DNA from: Verrucomicrobiaceae bacterium
Lineage (GTDB): Bacteria > Verrucomicrobiota > Verrucomicrobiia > Verrucomicrobiales > Akkermansiaceae
Reading direction: 5' to 3'
Assembly: GCA_051252135.1 (NCBI GenBank)
Contig: JBPOGH010000005.1
Span: forward strand, 185,448 to 249,447
DNA: 64,000 nucleotides
In this document: positions 27,081 through 37,195 of the stretch, piece after piece
How the letters are laid out: every line of letters starts with the position of its first letter
How positions within the stretch are numbered: position 1 is the stretch's first letter
Notes under the pieces: model-generated
Told to the model about the DNA's origin: nothing
Seen by the model: the letters and a program-made list of their open reading frames with translations, nothing else
The model's database searches: none
Position numbers and translations under genes: made by a program

Positions 27081-28018
27081 ACCGGCACCGCAAGCGACTC
27101 CATCACTTCCGCCACCACATCCCGTCCCGTCCGCCCCGCATACGCCGCATCGGGTTCCAGCACCAGACGGTGCGCCACCACATCCGCGGCCAACGCCTGA
27201 ATCGTCTCCGGCACCACAAAATCCCTTCCCTCAAAAAGCGTTATCGCCTGCGCAATCCGCTTCAGCCCCAATGACGCCCGCGGACTCGCCGCCAGCCTCA
27301 CCTCGGGCAATTCCCGCGTTCCCGCCACCAGCCGCACAATGTATTCCTGAAGGTCCGGGGTAATCGACACCGACTTCACCGCCTCCTGCACCTGACGCAC
27401 TTCCTCCCGCGTCACCACCGCCTTCAATCGCGTCAACGGATGCTCCTGATTCTGCGCCTCCAGAATCGCCAGCTCATTCTCAACCGACACATACCCCAGC
27501 GATCTCTTCAGCGCAAAACGATCCATCTGCGCCTCCGGCAGCGGATAGGTCCCCCGCAACTCCACCGGATTCTGCGTCGCAATCACAAAAAACAACTCAC
27601 CCAAATCATGCCGCACCCCTTCAATCGTTGCCTGCCCCTCCGCCATCGCCTCCAACAAAGCACTCTGCGTTCGGGGCGACGCCCGGTTGATCTCATCCGC
27701 TAACAAAATATCCGTAAACACCGGCCCCTGATGAAACTCAAAGGTCGACGTCCGCGCATCCAGCACACTCACCCCCAGAATATCCGAGGGCAACAAATCC
27801 GGCGTAAACTGAATCCGTTGAAATGCCGTCTCTCCAATCGAAGCCGCGATCGCCTTTGCCAGCGTCGTCTTCCCCGTCCCTGGCGAATCCTCCAGCAACA
27901 CGTGTCCCCCCGCCATCATCGACGCCAGAACCCGCCTTACGGTCTCCTTCTGACCAAGCATCACTTCTCCTACCGATGCTTCCAGTTTGGAAGCCGTTTC
28001 AAACGCAGCCTTTATCAT
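27077..28018 (-). CDS. moxR: MoxR-family AAA+ ATPase
   Basis: LLEDSPGTGKT, RIQFTPDLLPSD, DEINRASPRTQSALLEAM, ATQNP, LPEAQMDRF. Confidence 0.95.
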   Translation of the reverse strand: MIKAAFETASKLEASVGEVMLGQKETVRRVLASMMAGGHVLLEDSPGTGKTTLAKAIAASIGETAFQRIQFTPDLLPSDILGVSVLDARTSTFEFHQGPVFTDILLADEINRASPRTQSALLEAMAEGQATIEGVRHDLGELFFVIATQNPVELRGTYPLPEAQMDRFALKRSLGYVSVENELAILEAQNQEHPLTRLKAVVTREEVRQVQEAVKSVSITPDLQEYIVRLVAGTRELPEVRLAASPRASLGLKRIAQAITLFEGRDFVVPETIQALAADVVAHRLVLEPDAAYAGRTGRDVVAEVMESLAVPV

Positions 28019-30081
28019 TGATCCTTTTCTTCTCGCTCCTTGTCCCAGGCCTCCCAGACGGGATCAGCCACCTCTTCATGCCACGCGAACAACTTCTTGA
28101 TCGCCTCGTAATCCTCCCCCGCCAAATTCTTCTTAAGCTCCACCAGCGTAAACGCATTGCGCATCCGCTTCCCCCGATTCGTCGGCAGCCACAGCTCCAC
28201 ATCAATCATCACCCGCGGCCCTTCCTTCGTCTCTGCCACAATCAACAGAGGACAATGCATCTCCAGCCCGCGCCCCGCATCAACCATCATGCTCACCCCC
28301 TGAAATCGACCCTCCTTCTTCGTCGCCAACAACTCGTCCTTCTCAACCGCCGCCTTCACCCCGCGCATCGATGATGTCAAATCCCGTAACAATTTCGTCC
28401 CCTTCTCCGGAGCCGCAAAAACACCCGACCCCTTGAGCAACATCCGCACATCACCCTCCCCCAGCAATTCCCGCCACCCCTTCGCCGCCTCCACCGCTTC
28501 ATTCTCCGACGGAGCCTCCGCCGTGGAATCAAATGTCGCGACCTCCTTCATCACCTCACTCACATAAGACTTCTTGAGCTCCTTTTCGTCTTCAAAAAAT
28601 GTCCGCGTCAGCTCCTGAACCACCTCCGCATACTTCGCCGCCCGCTCCCCTTTCTTGAAATGACTCTTGTCCGGGACAAACGCCCAACCATCGCCCTGCT
28701 TCTCCATCCACACCGATTCAAATCCTGCTTCCCAATCACCCGGACGCTCCACCCGCATCAGCCCCAGCGCCACCCCATCCTTCACATGGTGCTTGGTCAC
28801 CGCCGCCCTGATCGAATCCGCCTTGCCATAAAGATGAGCCCACCACCGCGTTGCCTGGTGATACCGCGTCATCCGGGCCTCCCCCGCATCAGCTGCCGCC
28901 TGCAAGGCCTCCTCATCCGGCTCCTCGTCATCCTCATCCACCTCCACCACCGGATTCTCATCACGAATCAAATAACGCAGCGCCTCCCGCAACGAACCCT
29001 TCTCCAGATGCTTCGCCAATGCAGTCATCAACGCCTCGGGCGACTCCGCTCGCAGCGCCGCATGCTTCTTCTCAAAGATCGTCGCCAACTCCGCGCTCTT
29101 TTCCTCATCGCGCCAATTGAACTCCTCCCGGTGCGCCGTGAAATGTGTCGAGGCATCCTCATCCGAATAGGTGAAAAATGTCGGCACCACCACCCGCCAA
29201 CCCGCACCGCCATTCTTCAGCGTAAACCGCAACACCCGATTCTCCTCGCTATCCAGACCCGTCTCAAAATTGGAAATAAAACCCATCAGCACCGATGCCG
29301 AATCCTGATCCTTCAGGACCTCCACCTCCACCTGCAACACCGCCGGATCAGTCAGCAACCTCCACGCCCGCTGCCGGTCCCGGTCCGCCATCCCCACCTC
29401 GGTCGAACGGATCATCCGCTCCCAGTCACGATCATCCTGCATCGTCCGCTCCAATATCCCCTGCCACACCAGCAACTCATTCGTCTTCCGCTCACGCGCC
29501 GCTGCTAGAAATCGCTTCATCACCTCCTCCGGCGTCGCCGATTTCAGCGTCTCCGCATCCACCAGTCCCTCCAGCGATTCACGATACCGCTCCAGCTCCT
29601 TCTCCCGAAACTTCGCTCCCCCACTCACCCGCTCCCGAGCCATCCAGCGCTCCAAAACCCGTGCCCTCTCCCTCACCTCATCATCAAATCCCAAACCCAC
29701 ATTCTCAAAGGAACCCTCCACCGGAGCCACCTTCCACTCCCCCTTCTCCCGCTTCAGTCCCAACGCAAAAATCCGCATCCCGTCCGGCCCCGACTCCCCG
29801 CGCCCTGCCACAATCACCCCCGCCAAATCTCCATCCACTTTCTCCTGCCCCGCCACAAAAATCGCCTCCTCCGCCTTCGCCCACGACCACACATTCTGCC
29901 ACCGCTCCCCGATCATCTCCCGCTTCCCCGGCCCGCAAAAGGGCGAGATCGCCAGCTCCTCAAGGCTCCCCGCCCGCACCTTGCCGTCCCGGGCAGCCTG
30001 CAACACCTTCAGTGCAACCTCCGATGGCTCCCCCGCGGGAAGCAAAAGACTGGAGAGCAAAAAAAGAACCGGAACTCGCAT
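28015..30081 (-). CDS. Secreted hypothetical protein (repeated NTF2-like segments possible)
   Basis: Long ORF with the local minus-strand codon bias, signal peptide MRVPVLFLL, 4-nt overlap with moxR. Confidence 0.7.
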   Translation of the reverse strand: MRVPVLFLLSSLLLPAGEPSEVALKVLQAARDGKVRAGSLEELAISPFCGPGKREMIGERWQNVWSWAKAEEAIFVAGQEKVDGDLAGVIVAGRGESGPDGMRIFALGLKREKGEWKVAPVEGSFENVGLGFDDEVRERARVLERWMARERVSGGAKFREKELERYRESLEGLVDAETLKSATPEEVMKRFLAAARERKTNELLVWQGILERTMQDDRDWERMIRSTEVGMADRDRQRAWRLLTDPAVLQVEVEVLKDQDSASVLMGFISNFETGLDSEENRVLRFTLKNGGAGWRVVVPTFFTYSDEDASTHFTAHREEFNWRDEEKSAELATIFEKKHAALRAESPEALMTALAKHLEKGSLREALRYLIRDENPVVEVDEDDEEPDEEALQAAADAGEARMTRYHQATRWWAHLYGKADSIRAAVTKHHVKDGVALGLMRVERPGDWEAGFESVWMEKQGDGWAFVPDKSHFKKGERAAKYAEVVQELTRTFFEDEKELKKSYVSEVMKEVATFDSTAEAPSENEAVEAAKGWRELLGEGDVRMLLKGSGVFAAPEKGTKLLRDLTSSMRGVKAAVEKDELLATKKEGRFQGVSMMVDAGRGLEMHCPLLIVAETKEGPRVMIDVELWLPTNRGKRMRNAFTLVELKKNLAGEDYEAIKKLFAWHEEVADPVWEAWDKEREEKDQ

Positions 30082-30141
30082 GGGCCCGACTCTCTCATTG
30101 CCACCACCATGACACAAGCATGCAAGTTGCAACTGTATCTA

Positions 30142-31230
30142 TCAAAAGTCACGTCGGCAAAACATCCACGCCGCCAAAGAGAGCATCACCGCCTCAAACG
30201 CCAGTGACGTCCCCAGTGTATACGCCAGCGAATGCCGCTTCGCCACATCATCCACCACCTGCAAATATTCATCCGGAGACTCCTCCCGGTCCTCCGCCTC
30301 CACCTCCACCCCCAGCATCATTTCAAACAAACTGCTCTCCCGAAACCCCCGCTCCCCGTTCACCACCAACGCATTCTTCGCCGCATCAATCATCGGTGAC
30401 GTCTTCGGAAAGAACCCATAAGCCAGCTTCGCCTTCTGATACCAACCCTTCAGTTGGACAAGCGACTCCAGATCCTCCCCGGTCTCGGAATCCTCCTCTT
30501 CCACAGCCTCTTCCCCCCCTTCTTCCGTCACCACCGGCTCGTCCCGAACCTGCTTCGCCTGCTCCGTTGCAATCTCCCCCATCCGCACCATCTGATACAT
30601 CTGACTCTCCACCGCCTCCGCAATCCAAGACACCAACCACAGCCCCATCGTCAGCAAGATTGCCGCCAGCACCGACCGCGTCTTCACCGCAATCACCACC
30701 AGAAACGAATACAAAAAGCTGAACATCAGCAGCGTCGCCGGCAAAAACCAAAACAAGGACAGATTCCAAAAGCCCAACCGCCACCGCATCGCCACCAACA
30801 CGATCACGATAAACACCCCCACCTGAATCAGCATAAACAACAAACTCCCCGCATACTTCGCCCCAAAAACCATCAGCCGCGACGGACGCTTCGTCAGCAA
30901 CATCCCCGCCGAACCCTCATCCATCGCCTGCGGAAAAATCGACGCACACGAGATCAACGCCAGAATCACCGCCACCCACGACAACCAAAACCCCACAATC
31001 ACCTTAATGAAAATCCCCGTATAAAGAATCTCCGCCCCCGCACTCCCCTTCCGGTGCACCTCGCTCTCAATGTCCGTCAGCCCAAAGAACAGCGTCACCC
31101 CCTTCTCATCAAAACCAATCGACAAATAAAGCAACGCCACCAACAACGAAATCCCCAACGTCACCCAAAAGATCGCCCCCGATTTCAACATCCGGAACGA
31201 ATCTAACAAAATCGCGTAAAATGCTTTCAT
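30142..31230 (-). CDS. ABC-2 type transporter permease
   Basis: TM helices; LLTKRPSR..FGAKY; C-terminal FCRRDF. Confidence 0.85.
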   Translation of the reverse strand: MKAFYAILLDSFRMLKSGAIFWVTLGISLLVALLYLSIGFDEKGVTLFFGLTDIESEVHRKGSAGAEILYTGIFIKVIVGFWLSWVAVILALISCASIFPQAMDEGSAGMLLTKRPSRLMVFGAKYAGSLLFMLIQVGVFIVIVLVAMRWRLGFWNLSLFWFLPATLLMFSFLYSFLVVIAVKTRSVLAAILLTMGLWLVSWIAEAVESQMYQMVRMGEIATEQAKQVRDEPVVTEEGGEEAVEEEDSETGEDLESLVQLKGWYQKAKLAYGFFPKTSPMIDAAKNALVVNGERGFRESSLFEMMLGVEVEAEDREESPDEYLQVVDDVAKRHSLAYTLGTSLAFEAVMLSLAAWMFCRRDF

Positions 31231-32159
31231 GACAACGGCGGTGGCTTCGGGGCCGAGGCAGCCACCAACTCAAGAAACAAATCCTCCAGCGACTGCTCCT
31301 TTCGGAAAACACGCCCAATCACCAGTCCCTCGGACCGCAGCGCATCAATCAACGGCTGCACCTCCGCCGCCTTCCCCGTCTTCACCTCAATCCTCCCCGG
31401 CTCAAACCTCACCCCCTCACCCGCAAACTTCCCCTCCGCCCCCTCGGAAAGCACCCCCGCAAACTCGATCTCATAAACCACCTCGGTCGATCTCAGCGAT
31501 TCCAGCGGCCCCTCCCCCAGCAGCGTCCCGTTCGACATAATCGCCACCCGATCCACCACCTGCTCCAGCTCCGGCAGCAGATGCGTATTGATAAACACCG
31601 TCTTCCCCTCACCCCGCAACCCCCGGACCATCTCCAGAATCTCTCGCCTCCCCGCCGGATCCACCCCATCCGTCGGCTCGTCCAAAAAAATAATCTCCGG
31701 ATCATTCACCAGCGCCTGCGCTATCCCGATCCGCTGCTTCATCCCCTTCGAATAACTCTTGATCTTGCGACCCTGCGTCTCCGCCATCCCCACCTTTTCC
31801 AACAGCACATCGGTCCGACTCCTCACCTCCCCCGATGACACCCCGTTCAACCCCGCCGAAAACTCAATCACCTGACGCCCCGTCAAATAATCCGGAAACC
31901 GCGCATGCTCCGGCAACAACCCCACCTTCGCCAACGCACCCCGATCCCCAATCCGCTTCCCCAACATCTGCCCCGTCCCGCCACTCGGACGAATCAAGGT
32001 CGTCAATATCTTCACCATCGTCGACTTCCCCGCCCCATTCGGCCCCAACAACCCGTACACACACCCCCTCGGCACCTCCAAATCAATCCCCTTCAACGCC
32101 TCCACCCCGCCCGCGTAGGTCTTCCGCATCCCCGATATCTCCAGTGCCAATGATTCCAC
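31227..32159 (-). CDS. ABC transporter ATP-binding protein
   Basis: GPNGAGKST, YSKGMKQR, FLDEPTDGVDP, SLEDLF. Confidence 0.93.
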   Translation of the reverse strand: MESLALEISGMRKTYAGGVEALKGIDLEVPRGCVYGLLGPNGAGKSTMVKILTTLIRPSGGTGQMLGKRIGDRGALAKVGLLPEHARFPDYLTGRQVIEFSAGLNGVSSGEVRSRTDVLLEKVGMAETQGRKIKSYSKGMKQRIGIAQALVNDPEIIFLDEPTDGVDPAGRREILEMVRGLRGEGKTVFINTHLLPELEQVVDRVAIMSNGTLLGEGPLESLRSTEVVYEIEFAGVLSEGAEGKFAGEGVRFEPGRIEVKTGKAAEVQPLIDALRSEGLVIGRVFRKEQSLEDLFLELVAASAPKPPPLS

Positions 32160-32224
32160 CCCTCCAATCTGGGCATTCCCCTTCTCGCTGTCAACACAGC
32201 GGGTTTGTGCCTACCCTGCCCCCC

Positions 32225-32695
32225 GTGAAACACGTCCTCTTCGTCTGCCTCGGAAACATCTGCCGCTCCCCCGCCGGCGAAAACATCTTCCGCCAAATTG
32301 TCAAAGACGCCGGCCTCTCCGACACCATCCTCTGCGACTCCGCCGGCACCGAAGGCTGGCACACCGGAAAATCCCCCGACGCCCGCATGTCCAAAACCAT
32401 CAAAAAACGCGGCTACCTCGTCACCGGCAGTGCTCGTCAATTCAGCTTAAATGACTTCGACGCCTTCGACCTCATCCTCACCATGGATGACGAAAACTTC
32501 ACCAACGTCACCAGGCTCGCCCACTCCCCCGACCAGCTCGCCCGCGTCAAACGCTTCACCGACTTCTGCACCCAACACGACCACACCGAAGTCCCCGATC
32601 CCTACTACGGCGGCACCGCCGGCTTCGAGCTCGTCGCCGACCTCCTCGAGGACGGCTGCCAAAACATCCTCAACTCCCTCCGCCAATCATCATGA
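32225..32695 (+). CDS. Low molecular weight protein-tyrosine phosphatase
   Basis: VLFVCLGNICRSP, DSAGT, VPDPYYG; GTG start at 32225. Confidence 0.95.
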   Translation: MKHVLFVCLGNICRSPAGENIFRQIVKDAGLSDTILCDSAGTEGWHTGKSPDARMSKTIKKRGYLVTGSARQFSLNDFDAFDLILTMDDENFTNVTRLAHSPDQLARVKRFTDFCTQHDHTEVPDPYYGGTAGFELVADLLEDGCQNILNSLRQSS

Positions 32696-33150
32696 AACTC
32701 CTCCTCATCCCCGTCCTCCTCCTCACCCTCGTCTCCTGCTCGCCGGACACCGGGAAGATCGCCCCCGAAATGACCGGCTCCTGGAGCGGCGAAGCCAAAG
32801 TCATCGTCGACTGGGTCAAACAACCCTCCCTCCCCGTCGCCATTGAGATTAACCAAAATGGCACCGTCTCCGGCACCATCGGCGATGCCACCCTCTCCGA
32901 AGCAACCCTCAAACCCAACCGCGGAGCCATCGGAAAAAAACTCAACCTCGCCACCGACTTCATCATCACCGGAAACCTCCGCGGCCCCCTCATCCAATCG
33001 GAAAACATCACCCGTGACTCCGTCTCCATCCCCCTCAACTTCTCCACCGACCGCTTCACCGGCGGCATCCACACCAGCGGCTCCAAACTCGGAAAAAACG
33101 ACACCAGAATCTTCTCCGCCGCCAACCTCACCTTGCGTCCCACCCAATGA
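32692..33150 (+). CDS. Hypothetical lipoprotein
   Basis: MKLLLIPVLLLTLVSC lipobox; overlaps the phosphatase stop. Confidence 0.7.
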   Translation: MKLLLIPVLLLTLVSCSPDTGKIAPEMTGSWSGEAKVIVDWVKQPSLPVAIEINQNGTVSGTIGDATLSEATLKPNRGAIGKKLNLATDFIITGNLRGPLIQSENITRDSVSIPLNFSTDRFTGGIHTSGSKLGKNDTRIFSAANLTLRPTQ

Positions 33151-33326
33151 ACCATCGGGCCGATAAAACAAAGAAGCCTACTATCAAATCAATCCGTATA
33201 ATCAGAGAAAATTAACCAAAAGGGCTTCCGCTATTCACTCATTGACAACTGATTTCCAAAAATTTAAATCCGCCCGAATCGGGAGAGTCGAACCAACGTC
33301 CTTCCCTCGTAGCCTCCCAAAAAAGA

Positions 33327-34130
33327 ATGAACACCTCCATGCTCAAAACCATCGGACTCTCAGCCTTCGCCCTGTCGCTTTCCAACGTCCAGGCCGTCAA
33401 CGTCTTCATCGTTTCGGATAACCCCACCGATCCGCTCATCTCCTTCGTCACGACAAACTTCAGCAACGTCGACTCCGTCACGACAGACTCCTACGCCACC
33501 GGAGCTCCCGCGACCACTGGAAGCGACATCGTCATCTTCAGCCGCAATACCAACAGCGGAAACTACAGCAACAACGTCACTGAAATCGACTCCTGGAACA
33601 GCCTCCCCAACAACATGCTTCTCATGAGCTCCTTCATGCTCCGGGACGTCCGCTTGGGCTGGACCGATAACGGAGACCTCCCCCAGCCTTCCTCAGCTGG
33701 CAACGAAACCACTCTCGTCGTTCCCGCAGACCCCCTCTTCGCAGGACTCAGCGGAACATCAGTCGACCTTTATAATGTCGACGGTGCCTCCGGAAACATC
33801 GACCGCGTCGGCGGCACCGGTGGCGTCGGCGGCGGAACCATTCTCGCAACAATTGCCGGCAACAACGCCATCGCTCGATACCCATCCGGCTCCGCCCTTG
33901 CGGACATCACCCCGGGAGGTTTCACCACCACCCAGATCACCCACGGCGGTGACCGCATCTTCATGTCCCTCCACGTGGGCTCCGGCGGAATCGACCCCAG
34001 CCTCACCTCCGATGGCCAGATCGTTCTCACCAACGCTCTTAAGGAAATGGGCCTCAATGCCGTGCCGGAACCTTCCTCCGCTCTCTTCGGACTCCTCAGC
34101 GCCGGACTCCTCATCCGCCGCCGTCGTTAG
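33327..34130 (+). CDS. PEP-CTERM sorting domain protein
   Basis: Signal peptide; VPEPSSALFGLLSAGLLIRRRR. Confidence 0.9.
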   Translation: MNTSMLKTIGLSAFALSLSNVQAVNVFIVSDNPTDPLISFVTTNFSNVDSVTTDSYATGAPATTGSDIVIFSRNTNSGNYSNNVTEIDSWNSLPNNMLLMSSFMLRDVRLGWTDNGDLPQPSSAGNETTLVVPADPLFAGLSGTSVDLYNVDGASGNIDRVGGTGGVGGGTILATIAGNNAIARYPSGSALADITPGGFTTTQITHGGDRIFMSLHVGSGGIDPSLTSDGQIVLTNALKEMGLNAVPEPSSALFGLLSAGLLIRRRR

Positions 34131-34150
34131 TCTGTTAAAAAATCTCCCAG

Positions 34151-34181
34151 CCGGGCAGTCGCTAGACTGCCCGGTTTTTTT
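34151..34181 (+). terminator. Rho-independent terminator
   Basis: CCGGGCAGTC-GCTA-GACTGCCCGG-TTTTTTT. Confidence 0.9.
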
Positions 34182-34238
34182 GTGCCTTCCTCTCTTGAAG
34201 GCTTGTCCCCGCTCCCCCAATCCGCTTCCTTTTCCATA

Positions 34239-35582
34239 ATGAAACGATTCCTGATCGCCCTCTTCGGCTCCCTCACCCTCCTCCGGGCCGCCGAACAACC
34301 CAACGTCGTCCTCATCCTCTCCGATGACCAATCGTGGAACGACTATTCCTTCATGGGACACGACATCATCGAAACTCCCCGCCTCGATCAATTCGCCGCC
34401 GAATCCCTCACCTACACCCGCGGCTACGTCACCTCCCCCCTCTGCCGCCCCTCCCTCGCCTCCATCTTCACCGGCATGCACACCCCCCACCACGGCATCA
34501 CCGGAAACGACCTTCGCACCGACAAAGGAGTCAACGGCCAACGCTCCCGCATCCACCCGGACTGGGCCCCCAAGCACGAACACCTCTACGCCTCCTTCCA
34601 AAAACACCCCAACCTCGCCCGCTCCCTCACCGATGCCGGCTACCTCTCCCTCCAAACCGGAAAATTCTGGGAAGGCAAACCCCAACGCCACGGCTTCACC
34701 CACGCCATGACCCACGCCGACCCCAAACGCGGCGGCCGCCACGGCGACGAGGGCCTCAAAATCTCCCGCAACGGCATCGCCCCCATCAAAACCTTCCTCG
34801 ATGAAGCCAAAGAAAAACAAAAACCCTTCTTCATCTGGCACGCCCCCTTCCTCCCCCACACCCCGCACAACCCACCACAGGAACTCTACCACAAATACCT
34901 CGCACTCGAGCCCAATAAGTTCGTCGCCCGCTACTACGCCATGGTCGAGTGGTTCGATCAAACCTGTGGCCAACTCTTCGACGAACTCGACGCCCGCGGC
35001 CTCGCCGAAAACACCATCGTCCTCTACGTCACCGACAACGGCTGGATCCAATCATCAGAAGACGCCCGCTACGCTCCCCAGTCCAAACAGGAACCACACG
35101 ACACCGGCATCCGCACCCCCATCATGGTCCGCTGGACCGGAACGATCGCCCCCAGGATGGACAAGAACACCCTCGTCTCCGCCATCGATCTCGCCCCCAC
35201 CATCCTCAAAGCCTGCGGTGTCCAAACTCCCGACACCATGACCGGCCTCGACCTCCGCGATACCGACGCCCTCAAAAAGCGCAACATCGTCTACGGCTAC
35301 GATGGCAACCACGACATGTTCGACTTCCAAAACACCACCACCAACTGCGAGTCCCGCTACCTCGTCCAGGGTGACTGGAAACTCATCCTCCATAACAACG
35401 ACGCCACCTTCGAAAAAACCTACCACGGACGCTACACCGGTCGCCCCGACAACCGCGAAGGCAAACCCGAGCTCTACAACCTCAAGGACGACCCCTTCGA
35501 GAAATCCAACCTCGCCCCCAAACACCCCGAAAAAGTCGAAGCCCTCACCAAAGCCCTCAACGCCTGGTGGTCCCCCAACTAG
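34239..35582 (+). CDS. Sulfatase (S1 family) with variant CRPSL motif
   Basis: PNVVLILSDD, SPLCRPSLASIFTG, TDNG, ELYNLKDDPFE. Confidence 0.9.
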   Translation: MKRFLIALFGSLTLLRAAEQPNVVLILSDDQSWNDYSFMGHDIIETPRLDQFAAESLTYTRGYVTSPLCRPSLASIFTGMHTPHHGITGNDLRTDKGVNGQRSRIHPDWAPKHEHLYASFQKHPNLARSLTDAGYLSLQTGKFWEGKPQRHGFTHAMTHADPKRGGRHGDEGLKISRNGIAPIKTFLDEAKEKQKPFFIWHAPFLPHTPHNPPQELYHKYLALEPNKFVARYYAMVEWFDQTCGQLFDELDARGLAENTIVLYVTDNGWIQSSEDARYAPQSKQEPHDTGIRTPIMVRWTGTIAPRMDKNTLVSAIDLAPTILKACGVQTPDTMTGLDLRDTDALKKRNIVYGYDGNHDMFDFQNTTTNCESRYLVQGDWKLILHNNDATFEKTYHGRYTGRPDNREGKPELYNLKDDPFEKSNLAPKHPEKVEALTKALNAWWSPN

Positions 35583-35589
35583 GGAAGCA

Positions 35590-37116
35590 CTATCGGCGTA
35601 ATCTGGGAGCAGAATACCCCTGCTCTCGAATCTTCTCCAGCAGCGCCGTCATCGCCTTCACCCTTCCCGGGTGCTTCGCCGCCAGATTCACCCGCTGACC
35701 CGGATCATTCTTAAAATGATAGAGCTCCACCGGCCCTTTATCATCCTTCGGATACCCGTGCCGCTCCTCCCAGCCCGCGTTCCTCCCCGAGTGATACCCC
35801 GTCTTCGCCACCACTAAAATCCACTCCCCGACCCGGATCGCATACGCCCCCTGGTTCGTATTGTGCACATGGCTCGTCCGGACCGACTCCACCTCACCCT
35901 TCAGAAGAGGCAACAAATCATGCGAATCCTCCGCCGCATTCTTTTCCGGTAATTCAAATCCTGTCACCGCTGCCAGCGTCGCCATCACATCAATCTGTGA
36001 CACCAACGCATCGCTCACCGATCCCGCCTTCGTCACCCCCGGATAACGGACCATAAACGGCACATGATGCCCGCCTTCATAAATGTCGCGCTTCAGCCCG
36101 CGGAACGGATGAGAGGACCAATGCCCGTATTTCTCATCCCGCGCATACGCATAACGCTCCGATCCATTGTCCGCCGAGAAAATCACAATCGTCTCCTCCG
36201 CCTGCCCCGATTCCTCCAGCGCCTTCAGCAACTGCCCAATCGAGTCATCCGTTTCATAAACAAAATCCCCGTAAGGCCCCGCCTCCGATTTCCCGTCAAA
36301 CTCATCATTCGGAATGATCGGCGCATGCGGTGAAGGATACGCAAAAAACAAAAAGAACGGCTTCTCCGTTTTCGCCTGCTTCTTAATATATTCCACCCCC
36401 TTGCGAGTCGTCGTCGGAATATTCTCATAAGGATCCCAGTCACTCGTCATCGGCCCCGGCCGGCACTCCCAATTCCCCTCCTTGATCTTCTTCCACTTCG
36501 CCGTGTCCATCAACGTGTCCGGAGCCTTCACCACCTTGTCATTCTCGATCCAGCAATAGGGCGGAAAATTAATCACGGTATCACCAAAGTAATAATCAAA
36601 CCCATGCGCCAACGGCCCGTCCGGAATCGACTTCGACCAATCGAAATCTTCCGGCCCAAACTGCGGCTTCTTCCGCTTCCCGTCCACCACCGTTACCGCC
36701 TTCGCGCCCGGCTTCTTAATCGCCTCCCAATCCCAACCCAAATGCCACTTCCCGATCGCCGCCGTGTCATACCCCTTCTCCTTCATCATCTCCGGTAAGG
36801 TCAGCCCCTCCGCCTTGAAAACCGATCCGCCAAAGGCATTCACAATCCCATGAAAATCCCGCCAATGATGCCGCCCCGTTAGCAGGGCATAACGCGATGG
36901 CGTGCAAATCCCCGACGAGGAATGCCCGTCCGTAAACTGCATCGACTCCTTCGCAAACTGATCCAGATGCGGCGTCGGGATCTTCGAGTCCTTGTTGTAG
37001 CATCCCAAATCCCCAAACCCCAAATCATCCGCATACAAAATCAGCACATTCGGCTGCTTCGCCGAAAGGTTCATCCAGGGCATCAACAACAAAGGGACGA
37101 AAGAGCGCAATTTCAT
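35590..37116 (-). CDS. Arylsulfatase (S1 family)
   Basis: PNVLILYADD, CTPSRYALLTG, GKWHLG, SADNG, YEGGHHVP. Confidence 0.95.
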   Translation of the reverse strand: MKLRSFVPLLLMPWMNLSAKQPNVLILYADDLGFGDLGCYNKDSKIPTPHLDQFAKESMQFTDGHSSSGICTPSRYALLTGRHHWRDFHGIVNAFGGSVFKAEGLTLPEMMKEKGYDTAAIGKWHLGWDWEAIKKPGAKAVTVVDGKRKKPQFGPEDFDWSKSIPDGPLAHGFDYYFGDTVINFPPYCWIENDKVVKAPDTLMDTAKWKKIKEGNWECRPGPMTSDWDPYENIPTTTRKGVEYIKKQAKTEKPFFLFFAYPSPHAPIIPNDEFDGKSEAGPYGDFVYETDDSIGQLLKALEESGQAEETIVIFSADNGSERYAYARDEKYGHWSSHPFRGLKRDIYEGGHHVPFMVRYPGVTKAGSVSDALVSQIDVMATLAAVTGFELPEKNAAEDSHDLLPLLKGEVESVRTSHVHNTNQGAYAIRVGEWILVVAKTGYHSGRNAGWEERHGYPKDDKGPVELYHFKNDPGQRVNLAAKHPGRVKAMTALLEKIREQGYSAPRLRR

Positions 37117-37195
37117 AGGAGAAGGTTACCCCGACAGCCTTGCACAAATTTCACCCCTTTGACACATTCCAAACCTTCTCCTCGTATATTGCCCA

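Noticed and set aside
23485..28018. MoxR-DUF58-transglutaminase cluster as a novel system
   Set aside because: It is a well-known, widespread gene arrangement.
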